A DNA stretch of 63,535 nucleotides, filler included, from Sphaeroforma arctica JP610 (Eukaryota): the NCBI RefSeq assembly GCF_001186125.1. It is 3 parts of 3 records of this genome, joined end to end, with 100 filler letters (N's around TTAATTAATTAA, not from the genome) between each part and the next. Parts side by side here need not be neighbours in the genome. Positions count along the whole stretch, not along the records: positions 1 to 31,945 come from NW_014040535.1; 2 more parts are not named here. One strand, given 5' to 3'. The notes beneath the pieces were generated by a model. The model saw nothing but the letters and a program-made list of their open reading frames with translations. It did no database searches and had not been told where the DNA came from. Shown in pieces: positions 13,301 through 26,100 of this stretch. Position 1 is the first letter of the stretch. Every line of letters starts with the position of its first letter. The position numbers and the translations under genes were made by a program.

Positions 13301-14523
13301 TGTATCCCTTTAATATGATTACTTCTGCAGCTGGTCTTTATTTGTTCGACTGGATATGATTCAGTTACCTTTTCGTATGTGAAGTGTTGTTAATGCATCG
13401 GTGTTGATGCACACGGTTGATGCCATAACTTCTGCCGTCGAGTTCAAGACCGTAATTGAGTTCGTTTTGTCTGTCATAATCTATGAGACACAAGTATGAC
13501 GCAAGGATTGATCACTAGACGTTATTCTTCTCATTCTTGGGCTGAGATCGCACAAATTGTTTTCATATTTCCAGATAGTATGTATATACACATATATAAA
13601 TATAAAAATAATAAATATATTAAAAGTGTCGAGGATTTGACATGCACAAACATTGAAACATGTCACAAACATTTGACATTTCATGATGTCGCCCTCTAAA
13701 AGCCTGTTTTTTTAGAAGGCTATGAAAAGGCCCTCTTTGTACTTCCCTTTGCCAATTGCCTCTATCAGATTAATCAAAATAGCTCGCTCTGACTGAGACT
13801 ACTACTATTAGTAGAGAGTATATAGTAGAGAGAGATTGGAGAGAGAGCGCTCGGCGCCGCTCGCTACTGACATATTTCAAAAGACGACGCGGATAGACAT
13901 TACAAATTCAATTTACAAATTCAATTTCAATTGGACTATAGGATAGTTACCAATCGTCACAGAAATTGGATTGGTCTGCCTCGCATATACTGTACTAGCT
14001 TGACAACGAGTAACGATTGGGATAAACAAAATATTTTGAATTTGTACGTATTAACTAAAAATAAAAAACATAATATACACTACGTACTAATTGGTATATA
14101 ATATAATACAAACGTTGTACTGTGAAAATTATATATTGCGTCTTATATATTCCTGGTACAATAATTTACTTCCAACATTGATGGAATATTTTTTAATATC
14201 ACATTCAAAATATTATTAAAAACAAACAAAAAGTTTGTTATGTTCGAAATCCGCTGTCGCTTGTTGGTGCTAGAGTAAAATTCGACATTTTCGATTTCGT
14301 GAAAGAGTAAACTACTAGGTTGTAAAATAAATAGCTGCCTGAGGACTGGGGCCTGGGGCTGCCCAACTACTTTATTAGAGGGAGAGAGTGGTGAATGATT
14401 CCAGCGAGAAAAAAACCCACATCTTCTATCACCCCAGTAATACAGTATATATAACACAAACAATCCCAATTCATCGGCACTTCTTATACCTTTAAGTGAT
14501 TCTTACAGTAGAAGGTGTGCATC

Positions 14524-17066
14524 ATGAATCCGTTCCTAAAGACAGCAGCAGCTCTTGCAGCCACCGCCTTGGTTAGCGCCCAAAATGAGATGGCATACTT
14601 TTCACATAAGGGTAAAGCATTCGATGTTGACGGATACGGAGCTGAAGGTTTCACATACACGGGCTTCAATAAGTTTGGGAAGGATAAGTATGGTCGTTCC
14701 TACACGGAGGATGGAGCTGGCAACGCAGCTGCGGAGGGAACTGTAGTTGATGCTGGCGGCCGAGTCATTAATAATCACGGTGTTTCATTTTCTGCCGGTA
14801 CACCCGGTCCTGAACCTACGGAATCTGGTGACTGGGAAAACTATTGGCCAAGCTTCGGACACGGCAAACCACGCGTACACAAGAAGGAGGGTATCGTTAG
14901 AGCCGGTAACGGCAAAATCATTGACAAGGCATGGTACCACATGTCGAATCGTCCAGCACCCACAGTCACTGAGACTCAAACTCAGTTCGAGTTCACCGAA
15001 GTCTTCATCACAAGCTCCGTACAGCCCACCGATGAGTTCTGGTGCGACGGCGGATGGATTCAGATCACTAAAGCGGGCGATCTTATGGACGATGATTGGG
15101 CTGTTGCCTTCATCACTGGGTACTTGAACGTAATTGCAGCGAATGTGGACGATGTAGACACATATGATTGGTGTGTAAATACACAAAACATGAGCAACGC
15201 AGGCGCGTGTGCTCGACAATATGCTGCATCTCACAGCGAGGCCGACCTCGAGGCTGCATTTGCATCTGCCAGTGATGATCACACTTCTCAAATTGTTCTG
15301 CATGTGTGCAATCTACCATGTCTCGAGGCTATGTGTGCGGCTACACAGGACCATATCAATGTGTTGCCAACGCTTCGTATTGAAGAGGTCACCTTCACGA
15401 AGACTTCCAATTCAGACCGGAATATTACAACACCATGCCTGGATGGAGAAGATCCTCAGTACGCACCTGACAATGGTGCCAACGGAAAGACATTCGTTAT
15501 TTGTCCAACTGGGCAAGTTTGTGACAATGAGAATCCGGGTAGTCCCGACTGCGAATGTGTGACCTGCTCATCAAGTGCAGCCCTAAATGATTGTCTTGCA
15601 CCTGCGTGTCCATTAACTAATGATGGAAGCATGTGGTATGGTGATCCTATATGTCCCCCTGTTTCAGGAGCTTCATCCTGCAAAAAGGGATACTACACAA
15701 CCCCAGATTTAATTTGTTTGCAATGCCCACAAAACGTAAAGTTATGCAATGTAGTGGAATGCGTGAACGAAAACTCCACGCGATGCGCTTACGGCGGTCA
15801 ATTGGAAGGTTACGGAAACACTGCAGTCCCTGGTGGATCGGGCGAAGTAGTCTGCCTCAACCCCGCTGGCTGTGAATTTTGTGTCGATGGTCCCGATGTA
15901 GTCTGCTGTAAGTCGTAATTAATAACTTTCAGTGAAGTGGTGTTTTGTGTAATTTCATATTGTCCTCTAGTTAGATCTTCAGAGCGCTCTATTTGTTATC
16001 ACATAATATATCTTGACTATGGCTTTACTCATTAACCTCAATTTTGATTTATTCACCCTATCGGGACCATACAGCGAGGATCACTGGACAGATTCTAGCG
16101 TCTTCGCCAGTTGGAGGAGCCCAGCCTGTAGCAGGAAGTGTAGCAGGTAGTGTTTCGCCAGTTGGCGGAGCCCAGCCTGTAGCAGGAAGCCAAGTGCGTC
16201 TAACACAGATAGCAGATATTGGTGGCGCAACCGGTCGCCGCCGTGCTGCTGGCGATACTATCGTAATAAGTACCAATGATGAGGGTATATACGATACCCC
16301 CGTCGCACCTGGAACGTGGGAGATTTGCATAGTGTCATTACGATTCATGGGTTCAAATGGTATTATATTCGACATCGCCCTGCCCAACGGATGTGAATCA
16401 ATCATCGCATTCCCTGCTACCACAGCCATCCCAGCCACTATTTTTGCCCTCCCGGAAGGTTCCGCAGTTGCCATCGCCGAGTTGGCTGACGGCACAGCTG
16501 TTCAGGGATTGACCGTCGAATACACCCCAACTGGCGAATTCAGTCTGTTTGCACAAACTGAATCCACCGGCGAGGCATTCTTTTTCGACCTAGAAGATGG
16601 AGTAGAGTACACTTTCACTGCCCCTGCGACGTTCGCGGTAGGAAATGTAACATACACGCTGACTTCCGCAAGACTGCAGTTTGGCACAGTTGGAGAAACA
16701 GCACCTCCCAAGTTTATCTATGCACCTCCAGGAGAAGTATTTGGTACGATTACTCAAACTGGATCTGGAGCTAAGTTGGCGGGTGTGGTAGTTACAATTT
16801 CGGCCAATGGAAATGACTTCCAAGTAGTCACAGATGCTGCGGGTAAGTACTCTTTCATGAATATCATGGATCTACCAACAGATGTGACAATTGAGGCACC
16901 TGCCACAACTCGAAGCCAGAGCGGTGCTACTATTAATTTGCAGACTCAAGGTAGAGCCAATCCATACGTTATCGAGCTGGAAAGTGCTCTAGAGATTAAC
17001 TTTAGCTACGGTAACTTTGCCAGTACTTCACCTTCACCTACACCTCAACCCAGTTTCGCCCCCTAG
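14524..17066 (+). CDS. Secreted ~791-aa protein: signal peptide, Cys-rich region, C-terminal carboxypeptidase-regulatory/Cna-B-like beta-sandwich repeats (2 exons)
   Basis: Signal peptide MNPFLKTAAALAATALVSA-Q. Exon 14524-15907, intron 15908-16074 (GTAAGT...CATACAG), exon 16075-17066; the splice joins the two long ORFs in frame (2376 nt). Repeats such as ITGQI..QPVAGSQVRL..ISTNDEGIY..PGTW and VFGTIT..GAKLAGVVVTI..VVTDAAGKYSF. Confidence 0.8.
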
Positions 17067-17567
17067 AGAGGTCTCAGTAGCATTTCAAGTGATGTCCCTC
17101 AGTAGTAGCTTGACTGCTAATGGCAGACAGCTAGATCTCGTCCGTACAATAAAATTCTGTCACAACGAGGTCGTACATCGAATATATTCAATACTTCGGG
17201 AGAGTTTGATAAAGTTATATATTAATATATTTATTTATTTATACATACACTATCCATATATATATTTTAAATATACTTATATATATATATATATATATGA
17301 AATAGATATAATATATAAATTAATTATATATAATATACATGTACACATCATTCACACAAACATATACACACACACAATATTAAAGGCCGAATTTTAGATA
17401 TTTTTTCTCCATGAAAGTGGTGTAAGAAATACTGACACAAACGCAGCGCAATAAAAGCTGTACGGCTATCACCATAGGCCTGGATTGCTGAAAGCAGTGA
17501 ACTAGTAGTACACGACACGAAGGTTGGTGACAGTTTCAATGCGATCGCGTTCTATTGTCCTGGTCGG

Positions 17568-20500
17568 TTATTGTTTAGTAAGCATTGATTTAAAGTCAGC
17601 GTTACACAGTGTTCCAGCAGATGCGCGTGTCGGTACTTTGTCATCTTCTGCTGCTTTCGGGCTCGAAGAGGCATTTGGATTCGCCGACTTTGCGGTACGA
17701 AATGAATATAAAACGATTGGGGAAATCAATAAAATACCCAGGTTACTCATGCAACATGTAGTCGTAGCAAAATTAGACACAATCAAGATCGAGTCTCCAG
17801 CAGTTTATAAACGATACAAGTATGCCGGTCAGGTGCACTCACCATACATATATTTTTCCCACTAAAGAAAATGACCTGTCTGCACTATCACGCCAGCAGA
17901 ACAGCTGATACCCAAGCAGTGAAATAGCTGTGGGCATAGAATTGAAGCATGCAGGTCTTTATATATATATTCGTATATACAAATATACATATATATATAT
18001 GCACACAAACACACACAAACACACAGACACAGACACATATATATGTATACATGACACAAACACGCGTACACACTATATATATATATATATTATATATGTA
18101 TATATACATACATATATATATATATACAAATATACATATATTATATTCAAATTCGTATTCATTTGTAAAATGTTGACGGTAACGTACTGCCATAACTACA
18201 ACTATTTTTTCTTGCTAGTATACATAGGCGAGCAACGTAGCATGCACATCAAAATCATGGACATATGCGTAGATATCAATAAGAGATACTTATCAGAACA
18301 CTTTGTTTTTGATGGATGTTCAAATGCGTGCGACGAAGAAAGTACAAGAAATATACATGTTGAAAGCATTCAACACCGTTTACCCACTACATCTATATGT
18401 GATTGATGTATGAAAAACTAAAAGTGAATGCCAAACTCAAAATTGCAGTTAGCATATAATGCTCTCTTCAGAATAGTTCGACACTCGTTACGTTTTATAT
18501 GAGCGTTGCACAAATCCACACACAGCATATACGGACCGAAATTAGTATATACGTAGTACAAATGTCCAACACGCGTGCACGTTTTGTATGATTCGTGGGC
18601 CACTTCACTCACCTTGGCACTCACAGGTCTTATCCTGGGGGCAGGCGTTTTGCCAATCCGTTTCACCATCCTAGGAACAAGCCGCTTAGCAGATTTGACA
18701 GGCGCGGCGATACCATCCATCGCGATAGCACTACTCGACCTACCGGCCACAGGTTTATTCGCATCCTTCTCTTTCTTGGCCCCAGACTGATAGCGAGCGT
18801 AGTTGATAGATAAGTAAACTGCTTTGGATGCAAAGGGGTATCGACGCGAGGCTCCGAGAAAGATCTCTCTTAGAACTGCATGTGTGGCGTCTCTGCGGAT
18901 GCCCAGCCAAAATCGGGTACTAAGGTGTGATGAGGATCGAATATCTCCTAACGATAATCATTTTAAGCAGATTAGTAGGCTCTGCTGACGAATATATGTC
19001 CATGGTACATACTTGAATAATATCATATGGAACAATTCGATGACATGCTTATAACGTGTGTGAAGTTCAACGATACGCGTAAGAAAATACAAATCGCTTA
19101 GTCAAAGTCCGAAGTCAAAAAAGCACAAAAGAAGATCGTAAGTATCAAATGATACTCAAGGTACAGTAGTACAGTACACGACCGCACTAACTCATGCTTG
19201 TCTTCATCATATATATACACAGACACACACAATATATATATATAAACATATATACATACATACATACATACAAATATATATACATACATACATACATATA
19301 AATATATATACATACATACATACATATAAAATATATACCCACCCGCCCACTCACCCACATATACACATACGCACACACAAATACATATATACACAAATAT
19401 ATATATATATATATATATATACGCACAAACACACTCACAAACACATATCTATATATATAATAGTTATATATATATATACATATTGCAATAAATTTATCAT
19501 AGTCACATGTAACATATCCGTCAAACATAACTTTAGACCACAAGTCCACTACTGGCATACCTTGTCAGACGACAACGCGACGTACAACGGGCTGTTTCCG
19601 GTGTCGGTATTATGTAGCGCTTCCAAGGCACGTTTCGCCTCATCCTGGACAACAGCAAAGGGTGTGTAGCAAACTATGAGTCGCACACGCTAGGGATTGA
19701 GTTGCCATCAGACAAGGGTAAAGAACTTACCGAAGAGAGAGGAATGGATCAGCCAACTGCTGAAGAGAGTTCATGAGAACACGCAGCAAATGTGGTGTAC
19801 CTACGGCGCATGAGCACGTCTTATATGGCCACAGGCCACTAGATTCAGCCCATAAATGCGCATGAACCACGCACCCACGTGTGCACTAGCGGCAGCCAAT
19901 GAGCACTCGAGAGTACTTAGTAGCTATGCTAGGAAGCATTGCGAATATATCTGACTTGTGCCAGGCATACATAGCTTAAACAGAAAAAAAGCCAGCTTGT
20001 AGTCGTCCTTGTAGTTATCTACAACCCACCGGACATGGCTTAGAGCGTAGTTGAATAGTCTACAAACACTGGGGCCCGGGACGACCGCATGCTTGTATGC
20101 AAGACAACTAGAGAGTACGTATGCGCAAAATCCACGAACACGTGGTCTATGCTCTCGGACGGCACGCACGAGCGCGCGATCACATAGGGTACGCACCATA
20201 ACCCACTCACACTTGATACGTACGTTCAAGAAAATGTCAGCGTCGTATTGTCAAGCAGAAAGTATAGCTACGGGTCTGAGCGACATGATGGGTACTTGGC
20301 AGAGCGGTAGTACCGGAACCCAAGCAAAAGATATGTACCACATTGCCTTACACACGGCACCGATGATAGGTGGTTGAATGTGGCGCAAATGAACCACCGA
20401 TGTGGTTATGCCCGTGATAGGCCAATCCAATCACGAGGATAAAGCATTTAACTGGCTTAAAAATAGCACAGCGTCAACGAGAAACCAATGACACGCAAAT

Positions 20501-23092
20501 AGCCTATCTGTGCGTGAATGTACATATTCCGTAGGCTGTGTTGGATGTGCACGACATGGTTTGCCGAGTGTGCAGGTGGCCTGACTGCATACTATAGCAC
20601 ACACCTCAGTCTTGAATTCAACGAAAGCGAATCCCTTAAACTTCCCATCGTGACCCTTTCCCAAGCGGCAGGATATAATCTCACCATACTGTGTGGTGGG
20701 AGTAAACAAGTGGGATAGTTGGATAGTTGGATACTTATATAGTCGGATATTTGGATAGTTGGATACTTATATAGTTAGATAATTGGATAGTTGGATACTT
20801 ATATAGTCGGATATTTGGATAGTTGGATACTTATATAGTTAGATAATTGGATAATTGGATAGTTGGATACTTATATAGTCGGATAGTTGGATACTTATAT
20901 AGTTGGATACTTATATAGTTGGATAGTTGTATAGTTGGATACTTATGTAGTTGGATAGTTGGATACTTATATAGTTGGATAATTGTATAGTTGGATACTT
21001 ATATAGTCGGATAGTTGGACACTTATATAGTTGGATAGTTGGATACTTATATAGCTGGATAGTTGGATACTTATATAGTCGGATAGTTGGATAATTGTAT
21101 AGTTGTATATTTATATAGTTGGATAATTATATAGTTGGATACTTATATAGTTGGATAATTGGATAGTGGATACTTATATAGTTGTATAGTTGGATACTTA
21201 TATAGTTGGATAGTTAGTTACTTATATAGTTGGATAGTTGGATAGTTGTATAATTGGATAGTTGTATACTTATATAGTCGGATAGTTGGATACTTATATA
21301 GTTGGATAGTTGGATAGTTAGTTACTTATATAGTTGGATAGTTGGATAGTTGGATAGGTAGTTACTTATATAGTTGGATAATTGTATAGTTGTATAGTTG
21401 GTTACTTATATAGTTGTATAGTTGGATACTTATATAGTTGGATAGTTGGATAGTTGGATACTTATATAGTTGGATAGTAGGATAGTAAGTTACTTATATA
21501 GTTGGATAAATGAAAAGTTGGATACTTATATAGTTGGATAGTTAGTTACTTATATAGTTGGATAGTTGGATACTTATATAGTTGTATAGTTAGTTACTTA
21601 TATAGTTGGATAGTTGTATAGTTAGTTACTTATATAGTTGGATAATTGAAAAGTTGGGTACTTATATAGTTGGATAGTTGTATAGTTGGATACTTATATA
21701 GTTGGATAGTAGGATAGTTAGTTACCTATATAGTTGGATAGTTGGATACTTATATAGTTGGATAGTTGGATACTTATATAGTTGGATAGTTGGATAGTTA
21801 GTTACTTATATAGTTGGATAATTGAAAAGTTGGATACTTATATAGTTGTATAGTTCGTTACTTATATAGTTGGATAGTTGGTTAGGTTTCTCTTGCTAGT
21901 CACTGCTCTGAGGCTGAGGAGACCTCACAGCAGGGAGCTAGCCGAACGCTGGTGAAAGAGAAACCGCACACAGTCTATAGAGCGCACCAAAGCACACAAT
22001 GGCACAGCTCTCATACCCACAGATATACGCGGTACGAGCCACATGTGTGCAGACGCAGATGACACCAACGACAGGTAGCAGCAGTGCACACTGCCACACA
22101 AACACGAAGTGTAGGTGCCCACTCACGAGCAGGGATTGCCACTCCTGCGAGGGCTACTATGTGAATGGTTCATGCACCTCCCATGTGCTGCTAAGGAAGA
22201 AACGCTTCCTGTCACAGCCTTTGGTGTCATCCCGGGAGACTATACACCGAGGGAACAGAACACGTACACATGCGCGTGAATAACACTTGGTGAGCTATCT
22301 CTACACACGAGCAACGAACACACAGCCAACTAATCCATGAATGGCATCCATCTCAAGTGAGGAGACGCCACTCCTGGACGCCAACGACACACACCCCGTA
22401 AATCACAATACCGTTCTGGTGGTAGTAGTACTCACACAATCTCAACATGCCCCGCAGCTACATGAACAAATGGTACCGATAACCCAACCAAGAGGACAGA
22501 AGGTGGATAGTTGGGTTAATTGTATATAGGATAGTTGGTTAAGCCTTAAAAGCACAACCTACACCGCCATCTACGGTCAAACCAGCAGAGGCGCGTGGCA
22601 TCCGATTTCATCCGCACAGGGCCTATGCACACACACTACACTACGTTGTACCCATCCTATACACCCGCAGCCAGCCAGCCAGCCAGCCATACACCACCTG
22701 CGTTGACATACACACACTCACCTTCGCAAACATCGCACTGACACTCTTGATGGTGGAGTGAGGGGGCAGGCTCTTGCAGAACAACGTCATTGCCGCCCGT
22801 GGCCCATCCCCTACGTGCCCGCTGGGGCCGTGCACGTGCGCCAGATTGGCATCTACAGTAGGTAGATACTTGGGCGCGTTCATGACACTTACAAACACGG
22901 TGCGGTCGTGCAGCTTCTGTGTGCGATCGAGCAGCAGTGCTTGTTCGGCATCGGCCGTGTGCTTGAAGTCGAGGTAAGCATAGCCTTTGCTGGCGCCGGT
23001 GGCCTTGTCTTTGACTATGCGCACCTGCTTGATCTTGCTCGAGCCTGTATCCATACCGACAGGTTCCGTGAATACGAAGAGAAATAAAAAAT

Positions 23093-23140
<48 letters not shown>

Positions 23141-26100
23141 GAGACGAGGAGGAGGAGGAGGANNNNNNNNNNNNNNNNNNNNNNNNNNNNNNNNNNNNNN
23201 NNNNNNNNNNNNNNNNNNNNNNNNNNNNNNNNNNNNNNNNNNNNNNNNNNNNNNNNNNNNNNNNNNNNNNNNNNNNNNNNNNNNNNNNNNNNNNNNNNNN
23301 NNNNNNNNNNNNNNNNGAGAGAGAGAGAGAGCGAGACAGGAGGAGGAGGAGGAGGGGGGGGGGGGTTGAGTGCATGAAAAGCGTAAGATGTGAGATCTGA
23401 GCCACCCGTACCACACTCCAATCCTCTGACACATTGCTGGGTAGTTCCCCGAATAGGGTCTGGCTGCGCAATGAAAAATCAGTACCAAATACCACGTATT
23501 CGATTTTGATACACATTCGGTGATGGCGACTGTACTAAACCCTCACCCAAACCACACACGCGTACAAAGACACTTGTGGTTTTAGTGTCCTATTCCCGGC
23601 TGCTCGTAAAACTACTGCGCCAGTAAATATCAATCAAGTCACTACCACATGAGTGATAGGGAGCAAACCCCCGACACTGGCCCGAGTCCAGACATCGTTG
23701 CATATGTATAAAGTACCGGCAGCGTCAACCACACACCTGAAGCGTCCGCATCAGGATCAAAGAGAGATGTGATCTCCTGCTCCGCTGTTTGATATGACAG
23801 GTTGCTCAGGAATACCGTGGTACCAACACGCGCCGCTGGCTTCTCAGAGCTGTGGGTGGTCGATGAATGTGTAACAGCCAAACGCGGTAGGAGCAAGGGT
23901 TAGACATCCTATTGAAAACACTAATTGAACGCCCAAGCCAAAACCCCTAGCCTTAAAAACCTAAAAACTCCCCTGCTGATTCAGCTAGTAACAAAGCGAC
24001 AATCTGGGTACTGTCGTGTCATGTCAAGTTTGACACCGTTACCTGGCAACAGCTTCTTCCGTATCCGTTTTTTGACGCTTTAGATCTGTCACCGCTTCCG
24101 AGGTCCCGTCTAATGTGTGTTTCTGTCCTTTTGCCCCCACGACGTGCTCTGAGCAAGTCAATAGAACATTGTACAAGTGACGGTAAGAAGGTACACCCAA
24201 GCACGAGATAGCTGTACACAGAGTTGCTGTTGGATGTGAATGTAGAGTCAAAATGCCCATCAGAGTTGATTGTGGCCACAGTCCCACAGGTCAAAGCAGA
24301 ACGAGAACAGAGAAACACCGGCAAACCACACCACCTGGTCCACAAGAACAGCTAACACTTAAGACGAGTTCACGGTCTCAGCAGCAAGTGATATCTCCAG
24401 CACAAGCACGTGCACTGTAGGATGTATCATATTCATATCCGCATACCCTCCGTGGCTGCAAACACATCCTCGTGCGTGTAGGCAGGCTTGGCTTCCTTTG
24501 TCTGCTGCTCGTCAGCGAGCTTAGATGCCGTAGCGCGCTGGGCAATCTCGGCCTTCTCTTTCTGCTGCTGTGCTTTGACCCGCTCTTTCTCGTCATGCTG
24601 GTGCGTGTTAGTTCAACGTGTACCCAATTAGCTAGTGAAGTAAGGCCGTGATACATAATGATCATGTAAGCTATTGCATGCATCGGCACCTCCAGCAGCG
24701 AGACTTACGACAAACTAGATATAAAAGATGATTTCCATGTTAATTTAAAGCGCACCGGCAGCAAGTCTGTTCTCGAGGCTCCTACCCGTACAAAAGCACT
24801 ACATATGTACATTGCACCCATGAAACATCAGTCGGCTAACGCGCGAAAAAACCTTTTCTTGTCTGATACGAGCCATCTCCATCGCCTTCTCCGTGCGCGC
24901 ACAGGCCGAGTCGTACGTCTCGAGTGTCCCGTTCTCGCGCTCAAACTGCACCCAGGTTTGACACACGGCGTAGTCGCCAGCGGTTTTTTCTGTAGCCGTT
25001 TGATAGATCTTCCTGACCTTGGCCACACACGCAGGGAACACGGTCTCATTCATCTCAAACCTGCGGGATTAACCATGTCACATAGCGTTATATACTCACA
25101 ACGGCGTCTGTTCAACCAAACGAAACGGGTGGGATGTGAACTATCTGTGCAAACGGCCATTCGAGTCATGTGGGATGGAAGTATGTATAATGTGCAGTAT
25201 CCATCGCTTTCGAACAATCGGACTACGAAAACCGTCACCTAGACATTGCTACAGTAGAAGTGCCTACTGACCGCGAAGCCATACAACCATGGCAGCATCT
25301 CGAAGAGCTCATGTTTAGCTAGGTGCACACGCCACTCCCCCCTTGTCCGATCACACACTCGCCTACTTTGCAGACCAATGGATGTTTATTTATGGGCAGT
25401 ATGGCAAGGCAAGGCAAGGCAGGACAAGACAAACCCCAATTTAACCAGCGATAAAGTCAACTGTCCCACATGAACACAGAGTATATACTCGAGGTAGGGG
25501 AGAACAGGGAACAGTACTGTACTGTAAGATGAATGGCGAATCGTCGAATTACTAGATAGAAGATGAATCGTCAAATAAATAGACGAATGGTGGTATACAG
25601 AACGGGGTTAGTTGGACTGCGAGACACAATCGACTTCTTAAGGAAGTGCTGTTGCTTGTTTTTCACTCATGAATAACATCACAGACACACGGCCCACAAC
25701 CGCCTACCGTGCATACTCCAGCCACACACTGGCGTTCTTGGGATAGTCCTTTGCTGCCGCCTCCAACACTGCCCGCGCGTGCGCCACACTTTGCACTCCG
25801 TTCAGCTCCACCCGTGCCCAGCCCAACGGGATCTGTGCGTAGGGGTCACCGACGGCCTTACCAAAGTGCACGGTGATGTAGTCTGAAGCCTTCTGGAATG
25901 TCTCTCGTAGCGAGTAGACGGTGTCTTCTCGCAGTCTCTCGCGTGCGCCTGGAGGACGATTGCACGACGAGTGAAGCGGTCAGTAAGCGCGTGTTGTAAA
26001 CGCCACACAGTAACAATGAGAGGTTCGTAGGCAGGTTCGTATTGAGGTTGTTGAGGGACATCCACCCCTTGATGCAAGGCTGTGTGTATGGGTTCTTTAC

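Noticed and set aside
13369..13477. Possible minus-strand first exon MTDKTNSITVLNSTAEV.. ending at a GT donor
   Set aside because: No convincing downstream in-phase exons or recognisable domain could be assembled.
20713..21884. Array considered as CRISPR or telomeric repeat
   Set aside because: No unique spacers or cas genes; it is intronic and has a mixed 8/16-bp period unlike a uniform telomeric repeat.
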